A DNA stretch of 64,000 nucleotides from Zygnema circumcarinatum SAG 698-1b (GCA_037447605.1 CM074814.1:2232001-2296000), one strand, 5' to 3'. Numbered from the stretch's first letter, positions 1 to 13,167 are shown. The notes: generated by a model from the sequence alone, not told the origin. Program-made: numbers and translations.

Positions 1-241
1 TCGCCCCCTCGCATGCCGCCGGCGCTTGCAAAAAGTTGGCCAAGGGTAGACATAAAAGGAGAAGCCTGATCTGGTCTGCAGTACGAGGAAGCAGGCTTTG
101 GAGACACAGGAAGGGAGGGAGAGGGAGGGAGAAGCGGGAAAGGAGAGGGGCTGAGATAGTGAGGGAGAGGGAGAGAGAAGCGGGAGAGGAGAGGAGGAAA
201 GGGGCAGAGACAGAGAGAGGGAGAGAAAGGAAGCGGCCACA

Positions 242-1887
242 ATGTCGCGTATCTCTCTTGCGGCTATGGCGGTGCTTCTGCTGCTGGTGGGGCCATCCGC
301 CATGGCGCTGATTCCCCCTCCTCCTCCTCCTCCGCCTGCGGCTCTGGGGGTTCCTCTCGGGGAGACTGATCTCTTCCAGGTCAGCGCTACATTGAATCTT
401 ATGAAAATTAGGACGTCAGAAATTATGCAAGGATCGCTTTTAATATTGAGAAGCTGAGTTTTATTACGTTTCCCAATGAGAAAGGAAACGCCATGACTAA
501 CGTAATGTTGATTTTCCGTATAAACTCTGGCAGCTGGCCCTCAATTTAGAGTATCTGGAAGCGGAGTTCTATCTTTTTTCAGCCTATGGGGTCGGTCTCG
601 ACGCCTTTGCCCCCGAGCTCAATGGAGGCGGGCCTCCTCCCATTGGTGGAAGGAAAGCGAATTTGTCGCCCGAGGTGGAGAAAATAGCTGAAATGCTCGC
701 CTTGCAGGAGATAGGGCACATCAGGTGAAGGTCCTTGTCTAATACCGCAGATCTTTAGCAAGCCCAGTCTCATTGTTGTTGAGTCTTTGCGCATCACTAT
801 GTTCGCGCCATTGTGCAAGACATTTAGATGTGGGGAAAAATTACTGGACAATGCCGATTCCTTTCACTTTTCATGCAATCTACACCTATTTTAAATATTA
901 AAGGAGGTACTTGCATGCAGAATTATCCGCGAGTTTCTTGGAGCCCAGCAAATTCCCCGTCCTCTCATAGACATTGGTACGGCGTGGTCGGTCCTTTTCG
1001 AGGAAGCAGCGGGAGCCACACCCTCCGTCCCATTCGACCCGTATGTGAACGACTTGAGTTGGCTTCTGGGTGCCTTCACTCTGCCCTATGTGGGCCTAAC
1101 CGCCTATGTCGGCGCCAACCCCCTCCTCTACTCAGTGGCGGCAAAGGAGGTAAAAGGAAGTTTGTTTGTTTTTATTGTTTGTTTCTGTTAGTCACTCATT
1201 TCCTTCGCAGGTAGAAGGGGAAAGACTTGCGAAAGATTGAAATTTCTAATTCACTGGAAACTTGAATTGTTTCGCCTGTGGCAGCTCTTGGCGGGCGTGT
1301 TGGGAGTGGAGGGCGGGCAAGATTCGCTCTTGCGCACAACGCTGTGGTGGAAGCGCAATGCGGTGGCGCTACCTCAGCCTCTGAAGGTGGTAGTCATGAC
1401 CGGCTTGATTACTTCGGTGAGCTTGCACGGCCTCACAAAACCCTTCCTTTTAAGAAAAAAAAAAAAGGAATCTAAAGCATAACAAGCCTCATTCAAACCA
1501 GAAGACCCCCTCCTTTGTAAAGGAGCCTTCTCCGGTAACTTTTAGTGATGCAAATGTGCCTTGAATTCTCGTTGTGAAGTGCTCCAACCCATGCATCTGA
1601 TGCATGTGCAGCTCCGCGACCGCTTGGATGGGTCTGACACCATCGAGGACGAAAACATTGTGGTGCCCCAATACCTCGGAGCGGAGAATAGGACCACAAC
1701 CAACATCCTCTCCGCCAACGCGGACTCGCTCTCCTACGCGCGCAACCCCGCGCAGACTCTTAGCATTGTGTACGGAACCGGCAGCCCCTCCAAGCCCGGC
1801 GGCTTCTGGCCGAGAGGGGCCGCCGGCAACATCGCCAACTACTACCTCACGCACCCCTCCACTGCCTTGGGAACGCCGCTCTATTGA
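242..1887 (+). CDS. PCC13-62: Desiccation-related protein PCC13-62-like (ferritin-like domain, secreted), 5 exons
   Basis: Exons 242-379, 534-724, 921-1149, 1285-1416 and 1612-1887 have GT-AG borders and join in frame. Signal peptide MSRISLAAMAVLLLLVG. Family motifs LALNLEYLEAEFY, QEIGHIR, PFDPYVN..PYVGLTAYVGANP, GVEGGQD, SLSYARNP..IVYGTG..PGGFWPRGAAG. Confidence 0.93.
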
Positions 1888-2861
1888 GGAGGGGCTGGAG
1901 GAGAGCTTGCTTGCAATGGTTGGTAGAGGTTGAAGCATGCAGTCAGGGTTTGGTTGGTTGCCCTCTGGTCAGGCAGTGCGGATGTTGTTTTTCAAACATA
2001 AGAGTTTGGTTTGTTTGCATTTGGCAGATGTAAGTAATAGACTCTCTATTTGCTGCAGTGTGTCTAGGAGTTTCTAAGGTCCTGCAGGATGTATGAAAGA
2101 CTATAGACAGGGTGGGAGTAGGAAGAGGATTTGGTCGCTTTGTTGGGTATCCAAACTGTTTTGATACCCCCCTTTTTTTATAAGATCTGAAAGATCTTGG
2201 TTGAGCGGTTCAATCAGATGCATAAATTTTACATTCGTGATGCAGCAACATCCTGTATCGTGCCCGGTATTTCCGTTTCTGAATTTTTTCGGATCTGTCA
2301 TTGTTAAAGCTGGACATAATGCCCCCTCTCCCTCTCTCTCGCTCTCTCTCGCTCTCTCTCTCGCGATCACACGCAGAATCCCCAAAGATGGTGAAAACAT
2401 CGTTCACTTCACAGCAGCAGGAAACAAGCAAGAATTTTCATGACATCAAATTCTCTTATATTATCAACAATCCTTAGATTATCAAAACAATCTGAACCAA
2501 TTCAGGGGACACTCTTCAGATAATTTCTGAAACAGCACACGATAATCTCTTACGTCCACAGGCCAATCCTCATTTTATTCCAAAAAGGAAAAACCCAAAC
2601 ATGCATGCAATTTGTCGACCTGAAACAGCAAAAGGGTCGGCAAACCTGACAAGGAAACACAAAAGTGAGAGAAATTATCCCGCAGCCACTTTTGGAGTAT
2701 CAAATGTCTGCATGCCTAACTTTGTACAGGTTACAATTCCTTACGTGCTTCAAAATCTGTTTGGTCTCAGATTCATGCACAAGAAAAGATGCACTGAAGT
2801 CTATCTGCCTCCACAATCTCCTTCAGACCAGCGGCACATCCTACTTTTCCTCTCCTGGGAG

Positions 2862-3377
2862 TCATCCAGAAGCAGCTGTTTCCTCAGAAGCAGCTGTTTC
2901 CCCTTGTGTACCTACTGGAGGATTCTCATCGGATGGAAGATTGAGCCGTTTGCGATCTTCATCCGATACAAGCTCGTCAAGTTCGAAGCACTTTTCGCTC
3001 CACAGCACAAAAGCATTGCAGTAGTTCTGATGCGCCTGACTGAGCCGGGCCTGTGCTCCCACCAGGAGCGCATCCTTCCTCACATCATCCGCCGGCTTGC
3101 TCGCCTTCTTCGCCTCTCGCATCGTCTTCTCAAACTCCCACTTGGAGTTGCGCAGCTCGTCAATACTCGCCTCCACCACGTCAGGCAGCTTCCTGCCCTT
3201 CTTGCCTGTTATCACGTCCACTATCCCCGCCATGGCTCGCACTTGCCGCCCCTTCTGAGCCTGCTTCCAGACAGACTGCTTCTCCTGAGGGCGGAGAACG
3301 AGAGATGAGATGCTTGCAGGCTGTAAGACGAGCTGGACAGAGCTTCTGCCAAGGAGAGGCGCAGGCGAGCGCAGCAT
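2862..3377 (-). CDS. Small unknown protein with transit-peptide-like N-terminus and helical charged body, single exon
   Basis: ATG-initiated 171-aa ORF. S/R/L-rich N-terminus ending ...RQVRA|MAG, then an acidic/basic helical domain. No family recognised. Confidence 0.65.
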   Translation of the reverse strand: MLRSPAPLLGRSSVQLVLQPASISSLVLRPQEKQSVWKQAQKGRQVRAMAGIVDVITGKKGRKLPDVVEASIDELRNSKWEFEKTMREAKKASKPADDVRKDALLVGAQARLSQAHQNYCNAFVLWSEKCFELDELVSDEDRKRLNLPSDENPPVGTQGETAASEETAASG

Positions 3378-4755
3378 CGCAGCTTGCAGAAGTACCTTCT
3401 TCTGCAGGCGGCTTGAGAACTACAATACTGAGTGCATCTCTGGCCGAGGTATAGGCATGGCGGCATCAATCTACATGGTGCCGACACATGGCGCCTTGCG
3501 TGGAGGCCAAGCGCCAGCAGGCGAGCAGAAAGCAGGAAGATTTGCCATGCAGGGGGGAAGGAGAAGAAAATTGTGGGAGAATATCCAAAACCGGCTCAAT
3601 TCATTACGAATAAGCGACGCATGTTCGAGTTCCATGTTGAACGCTGCATTCAAAAGCATTGTTTTTCTGACATTGCTCTTATTCAGATTCGAGAAAGTTC
3701 ATCCTGTAAGCCATTTTGCTCCTCTGCTCGTACAAATCCGGTGTGCAACCACCACCACCTATCATTTAAGAAGATTGCTTTTTACTTTTCCCACATAAAA
3801 AGAAGCACCGAATATAAATACGTGAAAATTACGACCTTAGTCGTTCTGAAGAAAAAACGTCCTCAGGCTTGACACTCGGCTCTGTCTTCGTTGTCTTTTA
3901 GGTGTTTGCCTATCGCTCCACTCGCGCCAAGGCCAGCACAACTTCTTAACATTTCCAGATGTATGCATGTATGCGGTATTGCAGCTGAGTTTATTTCCCC
4001 ATAGCATGTAGCACGTTTCAGAGAGTAGCTTGCCTTCCTGGATACATCAATCACACCCATACTTTTTTCGGTTTCAACTGTGGGTTTCTAAGTGACGACG
4101 AAAACTTGTTCCTCTTTCTAAACCCTCGCACTTATCCGCTTTGCGAATGATTAAGAGTATTTCGCACGGTCCAAATTTTATGTTCCTATGATTACCCTTC
4201 TTTCATTCGATCACAATAAAGAGGATGGCTTATACATTTAATATTAACTCATCGACACACCTTCTATTTTGCAAAATACACGAATGCATTCGTACATGCT
4301 GTTTGTTACGTCTCCTCGTTTCTCCAGCAATGTGTGAGCGTGCTTTTTGCTGAAATCCAAATGTAATCTGTTGTTGTTCCTCCATGAATCACTCGAAATT
4401 TTCCAAATTTACAAAAATATGCAGCAATGCTTGCAGTTCTATTTGAAAGATAAGAAATTTCCCAGAGTATTGCGCAACATGTTCATTAATATCATCACAG
4501 ACTCCAAAAACGCATTCTGCCAATGGGGAATCCTGCAGTTCAAAGCGCACGCAGACGCTGTCTGGGTGCCATGATTCATTTCACGATTCAGGCTAGCACT
4601 TTCGAGCAGTCTTTTGTTATTGCACAGGAATCAAGCATCCTTGATGGGAAGGTAACTCGTGTGCCATTCCAACATGCGTGAATTGCAGCATGCCCCAAAA
4701 TCTCATATGATGAATCATGGATGCACCTTTACGTCGATAGCAATACGTAACTGGA

Positions 4756-4855
4756 NNNNNNNNNNNNNNNNNNNNNNNNNNNNNNNNNNNNNNNNNNNNN
4801 NNNNNNNNNNNNNNNNNNNNNNNNNNNNNNNNNNNNNNNNNNNNNNNNNNNNNNN
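4756..4855. other. Assembly gap (100 N); further 10-N gaps at 22478-22487, 44125-44134 and 45431-45440
   Basis: Runs of n in the sequence. Confidence 1.
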
Positions 4856-4895
<40 letters not shown>

Positions 4896-5177
4896 TCAGG
4901 GAGAGAGGTACTGAAAGCAACGTCAGGCAGCCGAGTGGTGGAGGAGAGGAAGAGGAAGTGATGTGAGAGTTGGAATCGAGAAGTGAGAGAAGTATAGGGA
5001 AAGTGGGGAGGTGGGATTTCACCTACCAGAAGGAAGTGAGGCGTAAGGGGAAGGGACTGGGGGAGGGGGAGAGAGAGAAAACGAGGGAGAGAGAGAAAGA
5101 GAGTGAGGAATGGGAAGTGGGGTTGAACTGAGGGGACTCTGAATTCTACTTTGCTGTTTTATACATGGGCTGTGCAG

Positions 5178-5471
5178 GTTGCAGCAGAAGCACTATCCGA
5201 GTTCATGGAACTAAACGTCTCAAAAGAAGATGTGGTGAGGGCAGTGGTGATGGCAAAGCACACAAAACCTGTGCACAACGCAAAGCTTCCCCAGTTTGGA
5301 ACTGCTCTCAGCTTGGAGGAGTTTTTTGCCCTCAGAGCCGACATGTGGCCCCTATTGGCGGCCTCCCGCACTTCACCATTCTTTTGGCCAAAGGAGGCCC
5401 ACGACTGGCCCTCACTATCAGACATCCTGCAGGGAGGGAAAGAGAGGAGCACGGAATTCGAGTATTCGTGA
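5178..5471 (+). CDS. Probable terminal coding exon of an unidentified multi-exon gene (upstream exons near 3.4-4.7 kb unresolved; 100-N gap in between)
   Basis: TGCAG acceptor at 5177, then a protein-like open frame VAAEALSEFMELNVSKEDVVRAVV...WPLL to a stop. Upstream splicing could not be made consistent by eye. Confidence 0.35.
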   Translation, partial: VAAEALSEFMELNVSKEDVVRAVVMAKHTKPVHNAKLPQFGTALSLEEFFALRADMWPLLAASRTSPFFWPKEAHDWPSLSDILQGGKERSTEFEYS

Positions 5472-6266
5472 TTGTATTGGGAGTGGGAGTGGTAGGAGGG
5501 AGGGTTACAGAGGGAGGGAGATGAGTCAGGTTGGGAATTGAACCAAACTTGACTCGGTTGAAGTGAGAGGGAGAGGGGTTGACCTCATCACCCGCTCTCC
5601 CTCCCTTCCCTCCCCTCGCCCCTTTTCTCTCTCTCTCTCTCCCTCCCTCGAACGTAGTCTGAGGGGGTGTTTGAGATTGAGATTTTAGTCTGCCAAGCTC
5701 CCCAAGAGGATAGAATGTAGAAATTTTATATGTATGTATTGTAAGTAGGCGAGATAATGAACCAGGTTGTAGGGTTTTTGAAGGGCCATTTTTTAAGATT
5801 ATGGGTCATCTTAGCGGTTGCTTTTTGTGGGCTCTTTCTGGCATTGCGAGAAAGGTGCGATTGTTTGTTTGTTACGAGGGAGGACCCCTCCTATTGCCAA
5901 ATACAAAATTGCCGCATTGCCGGTTTGCCAATACAAACAAGTTTTCAATAATCCAAAAAACTCTAAAACCCCTCATCATGCAAATTGCAATGTTGTTGAT
6001 CGATGCCGAATTCTTTCATCCTCTTTCCGTTGTTGCTGTATTTCGTTTTGTTTGTTTGTTGGTTCAACATTGCTCTCATGTTTAGACCTAGACGAAACAG
6101 GGATGCTTCTACGCCTCCAACATTTGCCTCATGTGCAGGAGACAATGTATCGAGGCATGAAACGAGGCATGCAAAAGTTGCGAATGCAGACCCAACAAAT
6201 GGTCTAGCGCCGCTGTGCCTTCGCCTTTGGGCCCTCCTCCCAGCGCGAACTATGGGCGAGCATCGT

Positions 6267-6368
6267 CCAATCGCGACTCGCCATGTCAGCAACTTTTCCA
6301 CGTGGCGAGTGGTTTCCAATCACGACTCGCCATGTCATCAATGTATCCACGTGGCGACTTGCGATTGG
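6267..6368. promoter_or_regulatory. Two tandem CCAAT/G-box dyads upstream of the YrhK-type gene
   Basis: CCAAT-N8-GCCATGT-N13-ACGTGGC twice; the second ends in N8-ATTGG. Confidence 0.6.
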
Positions 6369-6874
6369 AGAAGGCCCGGCCGTGCTTGGAAAGCCCTGCA
6401 GGCCTGCACTCGGCCGGCCTTGCAGGCGGCCCTGCATGGCGGATCCATGGCGGCTCGGCATCCTCGCCAGCGGCTGCTTCTCTCAGCCTCGTGATTCGTG
6501 ACTCATCGACTCGAGCCATGCAGGGCAGTCGCCATGCGAAACTCCTATGCTTTCCTGCATCCATCCAGATGCTTCCCTGGCGCCTTCCATCTCTCTCCCT
6601 CCAACACCACCTCTCCTCTCGCGGGTTTCCTCCTCTCAGGCACAGGCTGTGAGAGCTTCGAAGCGGTAAGAATAAATTTGATCGTTATTTCGAGGAAAAT
6701 TATTGTGTTTCTTTAATTTGAAACTGTGGTTTAGCCGGTTAAAAGGATGTTACAGCAGTGCAAGGAGGACGGCAGTTAGGGTCGATTATGAGTGGTAAGG
6801 GTTGGGGGTCTGAAGGGAGTTTGCTGGCGGGGGTATTTTGCAGGAAGGAATATAAAAAAAAAAAAAATCCGAAG

Positions 6875-9042
6875 ATGGTGAAGTTGACATCTGTGAGGAG
6901 CACACGATGCTACGGCTATCCAGAACCCTTGAATGATATAGCTGAGCTGGTCAACGCTCTTATATATCTAGTGGCGACGACTTTGCTACTCTCTGCTCTT
7001 GCATTTGATCTGAACCGAGAGTACGTTTCGTTCATTCTTTGAAATGCAACGTTTGTGCTGTGGCTTCCATCCAGTTATTCACTCGGTCAAAGCAGCCTAT
7101 CACGATGATGATTTGATAGGCTTGCTGTAAAGTTGCCTTTTACTCGTTGCTTTATTATTTACCATCGTTAACGGAACGCTGCATGGCTAATTTCCTCCTG
7201 TCTAGAATCCATTTGATACTCCGTCATTGTGAACAATGTTAAACACTGGACGCAAGCGAGAAGCTGAGAGTATCTAATTGCTAATCTCTTGTGCATGCCA
7301 AAGCTTCACGAAGAAACCGTCCTACATATGCATCTTTGTAATTTCTTCAAGTTACTGCAACTGAATGTGTACCAAACATCATTAGAGGAAGTCAAAGGTG
7401 CAAAGATTCTCATTGTATGTCGTAAGCCTTGTAGAGTGTGTGCCCAATTGAAGCCTGATGTCTGGATGTCTGCATGTGGTTTTTGCAGTCATCCGGGGGT
7501 GGTGCCATGGCTTCTGATGATCTCAGCGCTGCTGCTCGCAGCAGTGAACATCCATGACCTAATAGCACAGCTGGCAGGATTTGATTTCCGCCTCCCCCTC
7601 CTAACAGTAGATCCACAACTTGCGCTTGTGGAAGCCCTTGCGCCAATCTTACATACGATAGGGTTCCTTCTGGCGTTTGGAGGATTCCTTACACTTCACA
7701 TTGTAATCTTCGTTCCCAGCTACTGTTTATGCTCTATTTTTTTCACCGATTTGTGGCTTCAAGTATAATGATGTAATTAGGGGTGTGCCTTTGAAATACG
7801 TAAGAAAGATCCATCCAGCCAGCCAGCTACAACTTCACACAGGTTTGTAATTATATTGGATTAGATTAGTTTAGATTGTCGATAGACTTGATGATTGCAA
7901 CCAGGAAAAATACTGTATAAAATGCTGTTTTATTTTATTTCTGTTATTGCTTTCCTATTCATTTTATGCGTGACCTTCTCAGGCTGGCGACAAAGACTAT
8001 TCTAGTGACGTGGAGAGAAGTGGCCGAGAATCACTTTTGGCGGGGTTAGTGCTCCTTCTGATTGGCTCTATTCTGAACAATTTTCAGGTGCACGAACACT
8101 TCCACCAAATAATCCAAACATTTAGAAAGCATCTTTAGCATATAAGGAGGTTTCAGCATGAGCATTAGTTTATTTTGATTCGTGCTCATTCATGTTGTGG
8201 CTACCATTGGCTAATGATCTGTATACCGCGTTCTTCTCACTGCCTGCACTTCCTTTTCTGTGAAGGAATACGTTATGTAAAAAATAGCAAAAAATGACAT
8301 CCCTGTCTCCCCCGCATTTACATGAAGTTGATTTGACACAATACTCTGAGCAAAGCGATTGAATGCAGGTGTACGAACGTTTGGACCTTGTTTCTCAAGC
8401 AGAGCAGCATGCTGTCAGTATCCCAATGACGCTTGGATCGCTGCTTCTTCTTATCAGCGCAGTTGTTGGACTCGTGCAGTGGCCCAAACCTGCTTTGGGT
8501 CAGGCGACGGTACATGTTTTTCAGATCCAGCACAAACTTTCTTGTTTGTACGAGTAGGCTAAATCACCGGGGGCATTGCATATGGAACATCTTAGTTGAT
8601 GCCTTTCCTTCTTTTACCATGCGCTTATGTTTCCTTAAGCATCCGCCATCCGCCATTTGCCATTTCATCTGCCATGAATCACAAATTCAAACCCATTACA
8701 AACTCAATTTACATCTTTTAAATGAATTGGATGTTTGCATGTTTGCAGGATCTGTCTCGATGGCTGGCCCTTTCAGCAGGCATCCTGTGGTTCGTCTCCG
8801 CCCTCATCAATGTGGACCGAGTCCTCCGCGTTCAGGAGTCGGACGCCATTGGGAGAGTGGAGCCGCTGAGGAGAGGCGCTGCGGAGGTGTTGGAGGCAGC
8901 GAGGGAGCAGGGCACCCCCCTTATGGAGGCGCCGCGCGTGGAGACGGCGCCGGCGGCTCGCCGGACGCCGCCCCGCGATGTGGAGAAAGGGCAGCACGCA
9001 GACGCTCGCGCGGAGGTCGGGCAGAAGGCCGGCTTTCAGTAA
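6875..9042 (+). CDS. Plant multi-pass membrane protein of the MVKL..AR..YG family (YrhK-like), 5 exons
   Basis: MVKLTSVRSTRCYG..ELVNALIY; VNIHDLIAQLAGFDFRL..DPQLALVE; GSILNNFQVYER; LINVDRVLRVQESD..RVEPLRRGA. Canonical splice sites near 7020/7490/7703/7983/8087/8369/8510/8749. Confidence 0.85.
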
Positions 9043-10089
9043 GGATACTCTCTCTCTCTCTCCCCATCTCTCTCTCTCTCCCCCTCTCTCTCTCTCTCCC
9101 TTCCTCTCTCTCTCTCTCTTCCCCCCTCTCTCTCTCCTTTTCCCCACACACACTCTCTCTCTTTCCCCACTCACTCTCTCTCGCACACACACACACCCGT
9201 CATTTTAGCAGATTGTGTGAACGTCTTGTCCGACTAGCAGTGACTTTACTCGGGTCCCATTATTCATGTATATATGTTTTTTGCTTTTCAGGCCTGCGGA
9301 GCGGCCCTGGGCAGGATAGAAAGAGCTTGCAGACATTGGAGGGCGATTCAGGGCAATTCTGTAAGAAGGGAGGGTTGAGAGCAGGGCCTCACCACCTGAA
9401 AGACGCTCCTTTCGCAGCTCCCCTCCTTGTCGAATGAATGGAATGGCAGAGGCCGCAGTGCCCCACGTTTGGCGAAGTACCGTAAAGTGTGCAGCAGAAC
9501 TAGCGTAGGAAATTTGCTGTTCCCCCGTCACGAGTATTGGACGGGGTAAAGGACTAAGGATGCTTCGGGATTGGGGGATGATGATGATGATGATGATGAT
9601 GTGAAAGTAGGGCCATGCATGTACTGATGATGCCATTCATGGGGCATGGGTCGATGCATGGCATGTGCTCCACCTGCTGCAAGTACACGGGACGTGAGCA
9701 TCGTTGATTTTCACTTCGATTTTTTTGTCATGGGGGGCTTAAGAAGGAGCAAAATAAACAGTACGACGTTGTTTTGAATTTTTTGCAAGGAGAAAAATTT
9801 GTTGTATGTACCACAAATCACGCAATTCACAAACAGCAAAGAAGGCCAGTCAGGGTCTTTTCTAAAAGGGAACTATAGAAGCTTTCCATTTCATTGCCGA
9901 ACTTGTAAGATTTCAAAAAATGGCCTTCAAAAATCCTACATAGCTCAAGACCGGGTCTCCGCCAAAAGACAATTTTTTTTTCATTGGTTTAGGGTTTCTG
10001 GTTTTTCGGGACTTCTTGCCAAAATCTATTTGGTTGAGACCAGCAAAAAACGAGTATTTACCGAATGATGTGATCTGCACTTTAAAAGG

Positions 10090-10149
10090 GAAAAGCTCTA
10101 CTTCCTTCTCTATGTACAGGAAAAGCTCTACTTCCTTCTCTATGTACAG
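10090..10149. repeat. Perfect tandem duplication, 2 x 30 bp
   Basis: GAAAAGCTCTACTTCCTTCTCTATGTACAG twice. Confidence 0.9.
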
Positions 10150-10314
10150 CACCAGGACTCGTATACTCTCGACTTCAAAACAACGGGAAAAATGAAAAAG
10201 GGAAACAAGGGGGACACCTCACAAAATGTACACGAAAACTTGCCGCGTCTTTGACATCACAATCCTTTTTGACTTCAGAACCTTTCAAACTCACGTTTTC
10301 TTACACCATCACGA

Positions 10315-13167
10315 TTATTCGACATCGCCTTCGACCGCCTCCAGATACAAATTGTCCAACACGGCGTCCCGTTCGCCATACGGCGCCAAGACGCGGGTGT
10401 CGAGCTGCTTGGCGTCCGCCAACCCTCTGGCGAGGAGGCGCGAGAGAGGAGCGGCAGACATGCCGTGGAGGACGATGGAGCAGAGAACCACGAAGGAAAC
10501 CACTTGGAAAGCCCTCTCATCTCCTATTTCCTCTTGAACGAACGTGGTGTAAAAGAGTGCTCCAACACCGATGGGACCGAAGAATCCGGCAAAACCAGCC
10601 TGAGAAAGATGGAAGTGGACAATGGGGATGGACGAAGGTTAGGGGGTTTGGTTGAGTTTGTCTGCTGCAGTGACTCGTCATCAGCTTAGAAGACTATGCA
10701 CATGGATGGCAGTTGACTTTCCTGGAGACGGGAACATGGAATCTCCATAGATACAGGACCAGGGACTAGGGAGAGCGGGAGGCGGAGGAGGAAAAAAGGG
10801 GAGAAGGAGGAGAGACAAGAGGAGAGAAATAGGAGCTGGGAAGAGGGAGGGAGGGGCGGGAAGGGGAAAGTCGAGAGGGAGACCAACAATAAAAAGGGAG
10901 AGGCAAGTGAAGGAGAGACAGATGCAGGGAAGTGGCAGGGGGGGAGTGCAGGGGGAGCGAGACAAAGACCCCGGATATTTTACCCATAAAGGAGTGAGAG
11001 GAAGCGGTAATCGTAAGCACCTGAATGAGCATACTGCGGCTTCCTCCAGACTCTCTCTGAAGTTCGGGAATAAAGCGGCAGAATGCGAGGACGACAGGGA
11101 GGCGACGGAGGAGGATGACAGCCAAGCTGTAGAGAAGGAGCCGGCCGAGCCCCAACTGGGCCCATGCATGGAACGGCAGGAAGGACCCAAAGAGGGTGAA
11201 GAAAGAGACTGTGATGATGATCTCCAAACCGTAAATTGCATCATAGCTGCCTTCTTCGCCGGTCGGATCTCTGCTGCAGAAAGCCACACTGCCGGCAAAC
11301 ACTGCCAGTACACCAGAGGAGCCTGTAAAGGGAGCAGGAGAGAGAGAGAGCCCGTATTAAAGGGAGAAGCACCCTCTAAGGGTTGATTTGAAAGAAAAAA
11401 GCCGTCGAAGAGGAGGCATGGACATAGGGCAATGGTGCGATGGTTTGGTTGGACTTGGAAAGTAGTTCAGAAAAAGACACGGTCTCGTGGAAAATGGTCT
11501 CTTTCTCTCTCGCTCTCTTTATCTTTTTCTCTGTCTTTTCATTCATGCACATGCAAAACTGATTTGGTGACCCCTTAATCCCGGCTGAGCAGAAATTCAA
11601 CCAAGAGGATTTCAGTAAAAAGTAAGAACATTGTATTTTGGCCCTTGAATTAACTACATGAATAGTTATCGCCCCGAGAGAAAGACCTCTTGAAAAAGCA
11701 AATTGGCTGAAGTCTTACCAATGGCCCGCACAAAGCCCTGAATGCCGAATGCGAGCCCAATTATATGCGCCAAAAAGGAAGGCTCATCTTGCAGCGAATG
11801 TTTGGTCGATATCCACTTTATTCCCCGAGCACATAGTCCAAAAAGAATGCCCACCAATATGGCAAGCAGCACCTGCATCAGTTCGACAGGAAGTGAGGAT
11901 AAGACTCTGAAGGCTGAAAAAAAATCGTCAATGTCTGATTTTTGAAAGCGTGGCTTTTTTCTTCCATACATACTCGCAAGAAGGGAGGGCGAGAGTATGA
12001 CCTGGTAACCCCATGCTTCATAAAGCCACTGTGCTAATCCTTTCGCGGGAGAAGATGCCTCCAGCAGCATCAACGGAAGCATCACAAAGGGTAGTGCAGA
12101 TCCATCATTTGCTGCACTTTCTGCAGAAAGCAAGTGTCGCAGACCTGGAGGAAGATGTCTGCAGTGAAAGACAGAAAATTCAAAGCTTCAATAAAAGATG
12201 TCAACTGCAGTCAGCAGAGAGGACAGAAATATGTTCCAGTCAAAGGCAAAAGAAGGAGTGAATAAAAACTGAAATGAAACATAAAGGAAATGTTAAAACA
12301 AGCTAGCTTTCTCACATCCTGAAGATTTAACGAGAAGAGAAGTCTATGGTCAAAACTTACAGTGCAGCGAAACGCCCCTGAATCACGGTTGATGCAAGAA
12401 CTGGATCCGTCGGTGTGAGGCATGCGGCAATAGCAAGACACCTGTATACTCCCAAGTCTCCTAATAGCAGCCAAGTGATAGCAAAGGAGACTCCCCACGT
12501 AATCACTGCGATCGGACCTAACATCATGGCGAGGGATTTCCATTCCACCTCCACATACATGAAGGGCAGGCCAGTCGCAGCAGAAGCCAGCTGGATGGCC
12601 AACACTAGACGCATCACCTACAACGTGTGATAGATGACACATGTTAGTCAGGAAAGATACTGCTCAAAGGACGGACTTCTGTGACTTCTGTGGGGCAGTG
12701 GGAACAAGAGATCTGCAAGAGAGTTTGAAAAGTGTCGACTTATTGCAAGCAACTCACATGCAACCATCAAACGATGATACTTTAACAAGTCCATGAAACA
12801 GATTGCAGGTACACTTCAGATGACTTTTCCAGGTTTGGCAGTACATGTGGTTTCAGCTCCCAATTCTCCACTTGTAGTTTTATCAAACAGCGCACATGAT
12901 TTGAACTTTATTTTATTTTCGAGTCCCAATTGTCACCTCTTGGATGAACTGGAAGAAGGTATCCTCATTCTCAAACCAGTCTCGTGGATAAAATATTTTG
13001 CCCACTGCCGGTCCAAGGAGTGTGCCCACAATGGTCGCCATCAAAACTTCCGATACCAAATACCGCTCTTTCAACAGGCGCTGAAGGAATGTATACACCA
13101 TGATCAGAGCGCCCACGATTCCAGTTGTAAAATGGAGCCATACGTTTGGAGGAACCAGTTGCAACAT
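10315..13167 (-). CDS. Fungal-type (Nha1/Sod2-like) Na+(K+)/H+ antiporter, multi-exon
   Basis: LLKERYLVSE..VGTLLGP; AACLTPTDPVLASTVIQGRFA; LSAESAANDGSALPF; LLRRLPVVLAF; AGFAGFFGPIGVGALF; SFVVLCSIVLHG. These parallel the yeast Nha1/Sod2 motifs TATDPVLA, SAESGCNDG, RRIP, GHFGPIGVGA and SIIVHG. Confidence 0.88.

Noticed and set aside
3310-3872. Plus-strand ORFs as first exons of the gene ending at 5471
   Set aside because: Candidate donor and acceptor phases gave stops or unrecognisable peptides, and they start under 100 bp from the divergent orphan gene.
11015-11065. Apparent frameshift in the antiporter (alternative frame LEEAAV)
   Set aside because: The CAG|GTGCTT donor joins in phase to AGFAGFFGP, so no frameshift or pseudogene call is needed.
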